64,000 bases of DNA from a virus: positions 32,001 through 96,000 of IMG/VR virus record IMGVR_UViG_3300045988_095709; one strand, written 5' to 3'. Below are positions 1 to 12,050 of the stretch, in pieces (position 1 is the stretch's first letter; every line of letters starts with the position of its first letter). Below the pieces are notes generated by a model. It was given only the letters and a program-made list of their open reading frames with translations, was not told the DNA's origin and made no database searches. The translations under genes were made by a program, and so were the position numbers.

Positions 1-1
1 A

Positions 2-637
2 TTAAGAAGATATATAATAAATAATAATCTGTTACCTTATAAATGCGCTATTTGTGGTATTACTAAATGGAACGATAAAACAATAAGTTTAGAATTAGAT
101 CACATAAATGGTAAGAATAACGATAACAGATTAGAAAATTTAAGGTTTTTGTGTCCAAATTGCCATAGTCAAACTTCTACTTACGGATGTAGAAATAAAT
201 CAATAAACGAATCTAAATACGATATTGATTTCGAAACCAAAATGTTAGTAGAAGACGCTTATGACAAATTGAAAAATATAAAAAAGGTGTCTAAGCAATT
301 AGGAATAAGAAGGTGTGTTGTTACTAAAATAGTAAACGAATCTGGACAAAAAAAATCTAATCAAAAGTATGTAATAAGATATGACAAAGATCACAACGAA
401 ATAAAAAGATACGGAAGTCTATCTGAAACAGCTAGAGATTTAATAAATAACAACGAGGTTAAAACTAAAAAAATAAAAACCTGTACAAGAACTTTAAATA
501 AAAATAAAGATACGTTTTGGTGTAATAGTTATTGGAAAATCGAGGATGGTTGTGGGATAATAAATAATCCACAATTAGAATCTTCTCTAATTGACTCGGA
601 AGTAAAACACGACGAGGCGCAAGCGAAAGCGGCGTGA
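2..637 (+). CDS. HNH homing endonuclease, 5' end outside window
   Basis: The frame is open from the window edge. Translation ...YKCAICGITKWNDKTISLELDHINGKNNDNRLENLRFLCPNCHSQTSTYG shows CxxC...H-N...N...CxxCH, the HNH (beta-beta-alpha-Me) zinc-finger signature. TGA stop at 635-637. No in-frame TAG. Confidence 0.85.
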   Translation, partial: LRRYIINNNLLPYKCAICGITKWNDKTISLELDHINGKNNDNRLENLRFLCPNCHSQTSTYGCRNKSINESKYDIDFETKMLVEDAYDKLKNIKKVSKQLGIRRCVVTKIVNESGQKKSNQKYVIRYDKDHNEIKRYGSLSETARDLINNNEVKTKKIKTCTRTLNKNKDTFWCNSYWKIEDGCGIINNPQLESSLIDSEVKHDEAQAKAA

Positions 638-638
638 C

Positions 639-729
639 AGACTAAACGAGAAGACCGATCTTAGGATTGGATGCAATAGTCGGTTCTTATGAACCCTCTT
701 AGTCTGGGTTCGAATCCTAGTGGGGTAAC
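639..729 (+). other. tRNA-like 3' half / structured RNA (not a complete tRNA)
   Basis: Canonical T arm CTGGG-TTCGAAT-CCTAG (704-720) is followed by a 7-nt acceptor-type strand TGGGGTA plus A (721-728). No complementary 5' strand (TACCCCA or G:U variants) occurs within about 120 nt upstream. Competing helices are present: AGACTAA 639-645 / TTAGTCT 699-705, GGTTC 682-686 / GAACC 691-695, GAACCC 690-695 / GGGTTC 705-710. Confidence 0.3.
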
Positions 730-762
730 TAAATAGATAATAAATTAAAAATAAAATAATTT

Positions 763-1245
763 ATGGAAGTTAAGTTTAAGAAATTAGCAGAAAATGCTGT
801 AATGCCTCAGAGGGCATATAAAGGAGATGCAGGTTTAGATCTTACCGCTACTCGTATTGATACTGAAGTTAATAACTGTGGACAATTGATCCTTGTTTAC
901 CATACTGATCTTGCAGTAGAAATACCAGAAGGTTATGTAGGATTACTATTTCCTAGATCTAGCGTATACAAAACAGCACTATCTGCATCTAACGCGGTAG
1001 GAGTTATAGACTCTGGATATAGAGGCGAAATGACTATTAAGTTTAGAAATACTACAGATGTAATTCCTGCTGTATATAAAGTTGGAGATCGTTTCTGTCA
1101 GTTGGTAATAGTTAAGATTCCAGAAATCGAAGTTGTAGAAGCTGAGGAATTATCAGAATCGGAAAGAGAGACTAAGAGTTATGGATCTACTGGAAACGGA
1201 GAGATGGAAACTAAACAAGACAACAATACAGAATCTGCTAATTAA
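763..1245 (+). CDS. dut: dUTP diphosphatase (trimeric dUTPase)
   Basis: All five dUTPase motifs are readable: DAGLDL, FPRSS, GVIDSGYRGE, GDRFCQLV, SYGSTG. 160 aa, TAA stop, no TAG. Confidence 0.9.
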   Translation: MEVKFKKLAENAVMPQRAYKGDAGLDLTATRIDTEVNNCGQLILVYHTDLAVEIPEGYVGLLFPRSSVYKTALSASNAVGVIDSGYRGEMTIKFRNTTDVIPAVYKVGDRFCQLVIVKIPEIEVVEAEELSESERETKSYGSTGNGEMETKQDNNTESAN

Positions 1246-1260
1246 TACAGATTCTAATAT

Positions 1261-1332
1261 CGTGGGGTGGAGCAGAGGTAGCTTGCTAGGCTCATAACCT
1301 AGAGGTCGGGGGTTCGATTCCCTCCCCCATAA
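1261..1332 (+). tRNA. tRNA-Met (anticodon CAT); initiator-like C1:A72 mismatch
   Basis: Hand-folded cloverleaf. Acceptor CGTGGGG/CCCCATA, D arm GAGC-AGAGGTA-GCTT, anticodon arm CTAGG-CTCATAA-CCTAG, variable AGGTC, T arm GGGGG-TTCGATT-CCCTC, discriminator A. No encoded CCA. A lysidine-modified Ile2 identity cannot be excluded. Confidence 0.8.
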
Positions 1333-1389
1333 CAATTTTACAAAGGAGTGAAATAAATATTATTTTAATAACCATTATTTTAACTTATA

Positions 1390-1413
1390 GTAGAACCAAA
1401 CGGTTCTACTTTT
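1390..1413 (+). terminator. hairpin + T4 (weak terminator or tRNA-processing hairpin)
   Basis: GTAGAACC-AAAC-GGTTCTAC (8 bp) followed by TTTT, abutting tRNA-Gly at 1414. Confidence 0.4.
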
Positions 1414-1486
1414 GCGGAAGTAGCTCAATTGGTAGAGCACTAGTCTTCCAAGCTGGGGGTTGCGAGTTCGAGCCTCGTCTTCCGCT
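1414..1486 (+). tRNA. tRNA-Gly (anticodon TCC)
   Basis: Perfect acceptor GCGGAAG/CTTCCGC, D arm GCTC-AATTGGTA-GAGC, anticodon arm CTAGT-CTTCCAA-GCTGG (two G:U pairs), variable GGGTT, T arm GCGAG-TTCGAGC-CTCGT, discriminator T. Confidence 0.85.
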
Positions 1487-1532
1487 CTCTTAATTCATAT
1501 TTCTTAGATTAAAATTTATTATTTCACAAAGT

Positions 1533-1572
1533 GTATAGGGGATAGTTGAACGCTATTCCCTATACGCGTTTT
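1533..1572 (+). terminator. rho-independent-type terminator after the tRNA cluster
   Basis: 13-bp stem GTATAGGGGATAG / CTATTCCCTATAC (one G:U), 7-nt loop, then GCGTTTT. Confidence 0.55.
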
Positions 1573-1626
1573 AACTCATGTCAAGTATTAACTTCATATT
1601 TGGCTGTTTTTCAAAAATATAAATTT

Positions 1627-4600
1627 ATGATAAATTCAAATTGTGCTTTAGATTGCATGAATGTCGCTACTGATATTAAAATAGCGGGTATGATGGGATA
1701 GTTAGTACAGCACGAATCTGACAATGACATTCATGTGACAAAAGAAGAAAAAGAAAAATTAAAAAGTATTACAAACGATTCTGAAGATAATTCTGATCTT
1801 ACAGAAATAAAATTAACTTTGAACAATAAAGCCGATAAAGACGAAATACCGACAAAGTTGTCATAGTTAGAAAACGATACTAATTTTATTTCTTCTATTC
1901 CAGATTTCTATACTACTGAAGAAGAGGTAAAATTATTAATCGAAGGTTATCTTGAGGGTTACGACGGATCTGGTGGATCTGGAGGTGCTTCTGATGAAGA
2001 TATAAAAAGATTAGAACAACTTATAAAAGATCTTACTACACTCGTAAACAACAATACTACAGATATAGAGAGTATAAAAAAGACACTTGAAGAACATTCT
2101 GAAAGTATAACTAATATAGAACAGTTAATAGATACTCTCGAATAGTCTATAAGTAACATAAATCAACAGATAGAATAGATAAATGTTAAAATAGACAACA
2201 TCGAAGGCGGTGGATCTGGCGGATCTTATGTTCTTCCGATAGCTTCTGCGACATAGCTTGGAGGAATAAAAGTAGGATTGGGATTGAGTATTGATGGTTC
2301 AGGAGTGTTATCTACTACCGGAGAAGGTGGTGGCGGAGGTTCTGATTTATCTTAGATATTAGAACAGATAAAAGGAATGTTCATATCTAAAACACAAGAA
2401 GACAGTACTGATTACTTATTGACACTAAATGACGGTCTTGTAGTAAAAAAGAACGATATTGACGATTTTTGTGTGTAGACAGATATTGTAAGAGATGCTG
2501 GATTCTTTAGTGGACTCTTCGGATCAGGTTATTCACTTTCTAGTGATTCGTCAGATAGTCTTAGTAATTTTAGTTCTGATGGTTCTTTATTGGAAATAGA
2601 TAATCTTCTTGTTAGAAGAAAAGCTATGTTCCAGGAATTAGAGATAAGAAAAGTATCAGCAATAGGTGGAACTCTTGTTTTATCTAACGCTAGTGGTACT
2701 ATAATAAATACTACAGATAAGGGTGGTGGTATAATAAGATGTTATTTAAAAGCCGATGACGGTACTACTAGAACTTAGAATTTATTCCAACCTCAAGATT
2801 ATGTAAGATGTCAGACGTTTAATATACAAGCTGGAATATATAGTGATGTAAAAAATAAATCATACTGCCTTGCTGTATAGGATGTTGGTTCCGACGAAGC
2901 TTTGGGATCAAACGAACCTATGAACTATATAGATGTTATATATCAATCTGGAGATAAGCCGGAGGCTGGAGATGTAATCGTACAGTACGGATGTCAGCCT
3001 GGAGGTGACGAATCTAGAAAGAATCTTATAGAGTTATCAACATCTGACGTAGATGCACCTTGTATGAAGATGTACACAGGAGTAGAAGGAATGCATAGTT
3101 TAGAGGATCATGTTCAGTCTATAATAAGTCCGGAACTTGTAGAATTCACCACAGATGTGTTTAGAATAAGAAGCGGCGGTAATTCATATCCTATAGCAAT
3201 AGACAGAGGAAAGTATGATCAGTATACTACATACTACTATTATGATCGCGTAAGCTACGAAGGAAGTTTGTGGTTGTGTATTTATCAGGGAGAAGAAGGC
3301 GTTACTGGAGTAGAACCATCTTTTGAAAATTCAGAATATTGGGAACTTTAGGTGTCTAAAGGAGACAAAGGAGATCAAGGAGAATCTCAAGACGGAAATG
3401 ATATTTATTCTATGTCATTAGATCAAGATGTATTCTTATCGTTATACGATTCTGAAACTAGAAAATGGTCTCCAGATATAAGGACATCTTCTATAAATAT
3501 AAACGTATATAAAAACAACGAGCTTGTAACTACAAAAGACGTACCTTATACTGCAAGTATAATAGAAACAAACGGTGATTGGACTCCTAGTGCAAGTGTT
3601 ACTGAAGATGCTTCGTCTTATTATATAACAGCATCTGATGTTAGATTGACAAATGGAACAGCAGATTGTACTGTATAGGTATCTATTACTGATACTAATG
3701 TAAAACTTAAGAGAAAATTCACACTCATAGTATCAGAAAAGCCTACGTACGATTATGACGAAAACGGATATACTGTGTTTATATCTCCTTCTAATTTAGA
3801 ATTACCTGTAAAATATGAAACAGAAGATAAATAGATAACGGTATCTAACGATCCTACACATCCTATAAAAATAACAGTACCTGTTGTAAAATCAATAACT
3901 ACGGATTTATCTAAGAAGATAAACGTTATGATATTCAAAGGAAGTAAAGTTATAACAAATCCCTAGATAAATATAAAAAGTTCTGTAAATTTAGATTCGA
4001 TGGATTATGAAGGATGGTTTGGAGTTGGCCATTTATATAAAACCACATATACAGAAAACGATACTTATTAGATAAGTATATACGAAGTCCCAACTTCTAC
4101 TGTATATTGGCTTCCTGAAAACTTTACAGACGGAGAAGCAGTAGCGTTCCCAGTAACAAGTATGAACATAAACATTGCTCCCCAATACGACGGAGTTCCT
4201 TCTACTGACGTACCAGTAAATGTAAATCTGGACGGAAATGGTAGTATATGGGAAGTTACTGGAACTAGATTTACAAGTACTTTCACTGCTATAAATAATA
4301 TGAATATTAACTATTCATCTATAGAATAGACTGCTGATCATATACAATCTGTAGTTGGACAATATCTTGTAGACGAAAACGGTGATTATACTGAAACGTT
4401 TACACAAGCAATGTAGACTGCTACTAGTGTAGAAATTGGAGCATATCAGGACGGTTTGGCTGCATGTGGTCTTATAGTGTCTTTGGAAAGAGGAGGAGAT
4501 GGAAATTATACTTCTACAGATGGTGTTGTAAAAGTATACGGAAACAAATTCCAAGTATACGATAGAGATTTGCGTAATATAATGTTTACAGTAGACGACT

Positions 4601-5355
4601 CTGGTTATACTACTGTTAGAAATCTTAAAGCAGAAAATGCATATGTTTCTGGAGAAGTTATAGCAACAAAGGGATCTGTAGGAGCATTCTCTATACAAGA
4701 TGATAATCTTACATCTAGTAAAAACGGAACTGTAGAATTAACATCCAATGGATTAAAGATTGTATCTCCAACACAATCTAGTGGAGTTGAAGATAGTTAT
4801 ATAGCATTTAATACTGTAAACTAGAAATAGGGAGAAAGTACACTATATAATTCTGCAGCTTATATTCACAATCACGGAAAAGAATCAGGATAGAATTATG
4901 CAGCATTATACGTAAGCTGCGACGGTTTTGGAAAAAAATATGGAATATTTAACGAATCTACGACAAATACTAACGGACTGGTAAACAATGGTGTACTTGT
5001 AAACAACCTATGTCCAGTAACAACCACAATGAATTTGGATGCGTATCCATTTAGTAAATTCATACATTACGGTTCTTCTACGTGTACATTGAACTTACCA
5101 ACAAATCCTGCAGACGGAATGGATATAGAATTTATAGTAACAAATCCTGACGGAAAATTAAACATAAATACTACAAACTCTAATACAATATTATATATAA
5201 AAGACAATATTGCAGGAAGTGTAAACAACGTGAATTCGTATACTACAGGTGGTGCTGGTATATGGAGATTGATATTCCTAGGACAGACACAACAATTAGG
5301 ACCTAGTACTTAGGCGTGGTTTGCATTTAGAATTACAGATAATTACACAGCATAA
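1627..5355 (+). CDS. tail fibre/spike protein, 1242 aa, 20 in-frame TAG read as Gln
   Basis: Track ORFs 2590, 2902, 3352, 4456 and 5029 are all in frame 1. All gaps were checked codon by codon and contain only TAG, up to TAA at 5353. Fibre hallmarks: HESDNDIHVTKEEKEKL, KLS(Q)LENDTNF, Gly-Ser linkers, coiled-coil heptads, YVLPIASAT(Q)LGGIKVG. First ATG after the terminator; the start is less certain. Confidence 0.8.
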
Positions 5356-5357
5356 TA

Positions 5358-5876
5358 ATGTTCGATATAAAAGGAAACAAAATAGTATTGAGTACTGATG
5401 ATCTTGCGATACCTCCTTTTAAAGAATTTTACAATAACGCAAAAGATAAAGAACAAGCGAAAAAGGAAATAGAATATGTAATATGGAGATACAAATGGAA
5501 TACTCCATACGAATCTTATCCAGAAAACGAAAGATCTCAAAGAGTATCGAAAGATTTATTTGGTACTACTACATACGAACCAGACGATAAAGTTAAAGAA
5601 TTGATAAAAAGATTCAACGAGTTTCAGGAGACTCCTAGTACAAGATTACTAGGAGCTTCTAAAACCGCAGCTGAGGGAGTTATGTAGGCATTAAAAGAAT
5701 ATTCTACTGGTGAAGTTGATATAGATACTGCTATAAAGATAACTAGAATTCTGAAAGATGTAGGAGGTATAGTAAAATCATTAGACGTAGCTATGAAACA
5801 AGCCAAGGCAGAACAGTTAGAATCAGGAAGAGTAAAAGGTGGAGGAACTATCGGATTATACGAAGTTCCGAAATAA
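5358..5876 (+). CDS. hypothetical protein, 172 aa (small-terminase candidate by position only)
   Basis: ATG lies 2 nt after the upstream TAA. One in-frame TAG (5685). TAA at 5874, 10 nt before the TerL start. Confidence 0.6.
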
Positions 5877-5886
5877 TATTTAAATT

Positions 5887-7950
5887 ATGGTAAACTTTAA
5901 TTAGAAATTTCATAATACAGATAAATTCAGACAAGCAGCTTTATATTTTATGGAGCACGGAACATATACTAGTGCGCCTCCTGGTACTACTGATTACGTA
6001 GCGTATTGGGATAGAGAAACAGAAAGATGTATTAATGGATTTACTGCAGAAGACGGGGAGTATATTACTGGATACCATTATTTTTATTTGAACTACTCCC
6101 CTATATATACAATAAAAGCTGAACAATATACAGATAGAGGAGGAAATAAAAGAACAAGACGTATTCGTTCTTTGTCGTTCCCTTCTTTTTGGGATTATGA
6201 TGCGTACTATTATTATACAATTGAAGCCGCCGAAGATGTTGGAAAACATTTAGCTGTACTCAAATGTAGAAAGAGAGGTTATAGTTTTAAAGGAGCTTCA
6301 ATGTTAGTACGTAATTATGAATTGATACCTGGATCAAAGAACTTCGCTGTAGCTTCTGAGCAGAAGTATTTGATCGGTGACGGATTACTTACTAAAGCGT
6401 GGGCTATCATGGACTTTTGTGATAGAAACACGGCTTGGGCAAAACAGCGTCTAAAATCTACGAGTATGGAAAGAACATCCGGATTCAAAATAAAAGACGA
6501 ATTCGGAAAAGAAACAGAAGATGGATACATGTCCAGTATAATAGGAATAACTCTTAAGAATGATGCAGAAAGAATAAGAGGTACTCGTGGAAAATTAATA
6601 TTATGGGAAGAGGCTGGAAAATTTGCAGATATAAAAGAAGCATGGTCTATAGCAAGATCTTCTCTAGAATCGGATGATGGAGTGGCTTTCGGAACACAAA
6701 TAGCATTTGGTACTGGTGGTACTGAAGGAGTTGACTTCGAAGGTTTGAAAGATATGTTTTTTCATCCGGATTCTTATAATATATATTCGTAGCCAAACAT
6801 ATGGGATGATAACGCAGAAGAAACAAATTGTGGATTCTTCTGTCCGCAATGGTCTAATATGGAGGGTTTCGATGAAAAAGGAAATTAGATGTTTATGGAT
6901 AAAGACGGAAACTCGTTGAGAGAACTATCCATAAAAGAATGTGTAAAACAAAGAAAAGAAGTACAAGACGGTAGAGGAGATCAATAGTTATTAGATAGAT
7001 TTATAGCGGAAAGACCGCTAAAACCAGCAGAAGCTGTATTGGAACTTGGTGGAAATATATTCCCTAGAAAACAATTATTAGATCAACTTAATAGACTAAG
7101 AACAAATATAAAACTATAGAATATGAAACATGTGGTTGATCTATCATGGGATGGAGACGGAAAAGTAAAAGCCACAGAGAAAAAATCTGGAGATATTACA
7201 ACATATCCGCTAAAGTCTGGAGAAAAACCAGAAGGCTCTGTTGTAATATGGGAATATCCAATAATAAATCCACCATACGGATTATATATAGCAGGGTTAG
7301 ACCCTTACGATTAGAATGAATCTGGAACAAATTCTCTAGGATCTATAATAATATATAAAAGATTCAAAGCGGGAGAAGCTTGGACAGATACTATAGTTGC
7401 AGAATATTCCGGAAGACCCGGAACTGCAGATGAATATTACGAAAATGTTCGTAAGTTATTAATATTTTATAATGCGAGATGTTTGTATGAAAATGAAAAA
7501 ATAGGAATATATCAACATTTCGTAAATAAACATTGTGATTATTTATTAGCCGATCAACCAGATAAAGTCATAGCTCAGATATTTAGAGATTCTAGAGTTA
7601 ATAGAAAAAAAGGATGTCACATGACAAAACAGGTAAGATAGTTTGCCGAGGAAAAAATAAATGAATGGTTAAGAGAAGAATACGCTCCAGGACATCCTAA
7701 TTTAGAAAGAATATATAGTGAACCGTTATTAGAAGAATTAATAATGACGAACGGAGAAAGAAACGTTGACCGAGTTATTGCTTTATGTATGGTAATGATA
7801 TATAGAGAAGAATTATATCAATTAAAAGTATCTGAGGCTAAATAGTAGAATAAACAAGTCGAACTGTTCGATTTACCATTGTTTGGTACTTAGTGGTGGA
7901 ATGACGATAGTAAATCAGAAGACGACGGTATACCGATATTTCAATTTTAA
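5887..7950 (+). CDS. terL: terminase large subunit, 687 aa, 10 in-frame TAG
   Basis: Frame-1 ORFs 5950 and 7123 plus the checked gaps. Walker-A-like CRKRGYS, Walker-B-like KLILWEEAG, nuclease-type GLDPYD(Q). Sits immediately upstream of the portal. TAA at 7948. Confidence 0.85.
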
Positions 7951-7952
7951 TT

Positions 7953-10448
7953 ATGATAGAAGATAATTTGTATAACTCCAGATTTCCATAGCAAAAATTA
8001 CCATTATCTAAAAAGAACAAGAAATGGCAAACAGATTGCGTAAATTATATAATCGGAGAAGGAAATATAGTTTCTGGTGCACAATCAAAAACAGAATTTG
8101 GCGAATTATAGACTTATTATAATCTTTACAATAGTATTTTCGACGAAAAAGATTTCAAGAAAATAACAAATCCGTTTAAAGTAGAAGATGGATTTCCTGC
8201 TACACCACAAGATTTTAATATAATAAGACCTAAAATAGATTTGCTAATTGGAGAAGAAACAAAAAGACCATTCAACTTTACTGTTACTAGAACATCATAG
8301 GAATCAGCTTCAGAGTTGATGGATAAACAAAAATAGTTAGTGTTGCAGTATGCTATGTCTTTCTTTAATTCACAACTTGGTCCAGAAGAACAGCAATAGT
8401 TCCAAGAACAAATAGCAAATGGAGAAGTAATGCCTCCTGAGCAAATTGCTAAGTATATGGACAAAGACTTTAAAGATGTTGTTGAAAACACAGCATATCA
8501 TACTATAATGTACTTAAGAAAAAAGTTATCTACGGATAACGAATTCATAAAAGGATGGAAAGACGCACTTATCGGTGGTAGAGAAATTTATTACGTAGGA
8601 GTATTAAATTCTGAACCGTTTTTAGAGCGTGTAAATCCTATGTAGTTATCTTTCGACAAGAGTCCTGATCTAGAATACATAGAAGACGGATCTTGGTGTT
8701 GTAGGAAAATGAGACTTCCTATAGCAGAAGTGTACGATAGATACTACGATAAATTAACAGAAAAAGATTTAAATAAATTAGAAGAAATGATGAATGCTGT
8801 ACCTGCAAACAATATTGGTGAGCATAATCCTGTTGACGACTTCAAAGGAATATAGTTTCATTTCTATGACAATCCTTTATATGATGAAAAAAATAGTCAT
8901 TGTATAAACGTATGGCATTGTTGTTGGAAGTCTTTTAAAAAGATATTCTATGTTACTACTGTTGACGAAACAGGACAGACTCAAATAGATATTGTAGACG
9001 AAACTTATCAAAAGACTGGTACAGAAATAAGTGTTGAACCTGATTGGGTAATAGAAGTTTGGGAAGGATACAGAGCGTCTAACGATTTATATTTTGGAAT
9101 ATAGCCGTTAGAATATCAGCATATAAGTATAGATAATCCTAACAGTTAGAAATTACCTTATTGTGGCGCAATATATAGTAATACTAATAGTAAACCACGT
9201 TCATTGGTTAGCATATTAAAACCATTACAATATATGTATATTGTACTTTGGTACAGGTTAGAGTTAGCTTTAGCTAGAGATAAAGGAAAAGTCGTAAACA
9301 TGGATATAACATAGATACCTAAATCTATGAATATAACTCCCGATCGATGGCTTCATTATTTATCTAGTGTCGGTGTTAACTTCATAAATCCTTACGAAGA
9401 AGGTTGGAATATAGCTGGTCGAGAAGGTGGAAAACCGGCAACTTATAATCAAATAACGGCATTGGATCTTACAATGAGTAATGTAATAGCTGAGTATATT
9501 CAACTCATGGATAAGATAGAACAACTAGCCGGAACTATTTCAGGAATTACTGAACAAAGACAAGGAGCAATTTCTACTTCAGAATTAGTAGGAAATGTTG
9601 AACGAAGTGTTATACAATCTTCACATATAACTGAGCCTTTATTCTGGACTCACAATTAGGTAAAGAAACACGCGTTAACTATGCTTCTAAATACAGCAAA
9701 AGGTGTATGGTAGGATTTAGGAAAAACAAAACTACAATACATATTTGACAACGGAGAAAGAGCTTTTATAAATATACCTGAAAAATTCTATTATGAAGAT
9801 ATAGATATATTTATGAGCGATACTTCAAAAGACGCAGAAAACATACAAAAACTACAAAGTCTTATACAGCCAGCTATGCAAAATGGTGCATCGTTGTTAG
9901 AGGCTGCAGAAGTTCTTACTAATGATAACTTTAATATAATCAAACAGAAACTTAAAGATATGCAAACTAGACAAGAACAGATGCAACAACAACAGCAGCA
10001 GGCAGAAACTGAAAGAGCTGAAAAGATTCAACAAATGCAGAATCAAGCAAAAGAACAAGAACTTATGCTTAAAGAAGCAGAGATGGATCTGGAAAGATAT
10101 AAGATCGATTAGGATAATGCTACTAAAATAGCTGTAGCCGAAATTAGTACTTATAGAGGTAGTGAAGATAAGGATATAGATATGAATGGAATATCTGATC
10201 CTATAGAAATAGCCAAAGATGCTACTGCTCAAATGAAAATACGTGAGGATCAGTATACTAAGAGATACGAAACCGAACAGAAGAAAGAAATAGAACAGTA
10301 GAAGATAAAATTAGCAAGAGAGCAAATGAATCACGAAACTGAGCTTTAGAAATTAAAAGATAAAGCAGCAATGGAACGTGAATAGTTAAAAGCAAGGACC
10401 GCATTAAAAAATAAAACAAATGCAGAAGCTGCTAAAAGTAAAAATTAA
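7953..10448 (+). CDS. portal protein, 831 aa, 16 in-frame TAG
   Basis: Frame-0 ORFs 8430, 9327 and 9813 joined through TAG-only gaps (checked). Position between TerL and scaffold/MCP, size, WYRLELALARDKGK-type segment, acidic/coiled-coil C-terminus. TAA at 10446. Confidence 0.8.
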
Positions 10449-10473
10449 TTAATAATTTAAAAATTTTAGTATT

Positions 10474-10548
10474 ATGGCATGTGGAAACAAAAAGAGCTCA
10501 TCTAAGAAGTCTTCTGGAAGCAAGACTAGCTCTGGAAAAAAGAAGTAA
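10474..10548 (+). CDS. possible 24-aa Lys/Ser-rich peptide
   Basis: MACGNKKSSSKKSSGSKTSSGKKK fills the only gap between the portal and the next gene. TAA at 10546 lies 2 nt before the next ATG. No other support. Confidence 0.25.
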   Translation: MACGNKKSSSKKSSGSKTSSGKKK

Positions 10549-10550
10549 TT

Positions 10551-11993
10551 ATGAAAAAACCTAAAAGAAGGGGATATGTTCCTAGTAGAAATGTAAGGAA
10601 TCATATCTACAAATGGGAAGCTTCAGATATAAAAGCTCAAAATAAAAAATTTGGTGGAGACGCTATAAAAGCAAAAGCTGCAGAATTTAATGCTATGTTA
10701 GGAGATTATGCTACTAGAATAGGATAGAATACTGCAGACGCTTTATTCTCTACTTATTATAATATTTCTCCTAATACATTTAAAGAACGAATACTCCCTT
10801 CTGTAATAGATTACGCTAAAAATTCTACTAAAGAGAATTATAATAAAGTACACGATATAATGATGAATCGTTATACGTGGGCTGATAAAAAATATCAACG
10901 TGGAATAAAAAAAAGAGCTGCAGCAGATGCGGCTTTATCGAAACCTATAATAGAAATAAACTACGATGACGTAGTTAATGACGCATTAGAACAACCTATA
11001 GATGTGTTAAGAGTTGAAACTCCTAAAATAATAAAACCTATAAAAATAAAAAGTACTCCTATAATACAATAGGAGCAAGAACAAGCTCCTATTTATTTAT
11101 AGAAACCAGAAATATTACCTAATATAATAGACACTTGGAATAACGTACAAAAAGGAAATACATTATAGATTCCTCAATTTAAAGATGGTAAAGATTCTAT
11201 AATTTTAGATACTATAAATTATAATAAATATAAAGAAAGTTTACCTAAAAATTTAAGATCAGACAATATAGATTATAATTTATACGAAGCGTATAAAATA
11301 AATATGAAACCAGAATTGTAGGAAGACGGAACATATCATTTAGGAAGTAGAAATCCGTATAATGGAAAAATATTGAAATCAACATTTCATCCTACTTTTA
11401 GTAAAGCTATATACGAAGATATGAAGATGGGATATTATCCGCAATACAATAACGGAGATATATATACTCAAAAAATATTTTAGTATGAAGATGGTAAAGA
11501 TTCTTTATGGAATGAATATTCTAAATTTAACGACAGTGCTTTAAGTATACCAGTTAAGTTTTTAGATCCTACTGGAATATCTTCGTGGAAAGACGCATAT
11601 GATGCGTGGACTAGTGAAAATTTAAACATTCCAGATGCTATATTTGAAACTGTAGGAGCAATACCTCTTATAGGAAAAATAGCAAAAATAGGAAAAGCTG
11701 CAAAATTATTATCTAAAGATAAATAGTTATTTAAAACTCAAGATTATATATTAAGAGGTATAGGTACTTCTCATGATGTACAACAGCAGATAAAAAAGCA
11801 CAATAACGGTAAAGATTCTGGAATACATATTAAAAAAGCAAATGTTGGTAAATTCACAAATGCTGCAAAACAACATGGAATGAGTGTTCAACAGTTTGCA
11901 AATAAGGTACTAAAAGCGCCAAAAGGAAAGTATAGTTCAACACTTAGAAAAAGAGCAAATTTCGCAAGAAATGCTAAAAACTTTAATCATTAA
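10551..11993 (+). CDS. hypothetical virion protein, 480 aa, 8 in-frame TAG
   Basis: Frame 0 checked codon by codon. Triple (F/Y)xDGKDS / NGKDS motif. Basic C-terminal segment GIHIKKANVGKFTNAAKQHGMSVQQFANKVL...RKRANFARNAKNF. Confidence 0.7.
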
Positions 11994-12050
11994 TGCGTAA
12001 AAACATTTGTTTGTTTTTACAGGCACAAAAAACTAATTATAAATATAATT

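Noticed and set aside
639-729. Calling this a complete (possibly suppressor) tRNA.
   Set aside because: No 5' acceptor strand exists, no D arm, and no 7-nt anticodon loop with U33 and a CUA anticodon could be folded. Kept only as a tRNA-like 3' half.
1153-1335. Minus-strand 60-aa ORF (MLWGRESNPRPLGYEPS...).
   Set aside because: It is the antisense of tRNA-Met plus the dUTPase 3' end; the ESNP/GYEP strings are the usual tRNA artefact.
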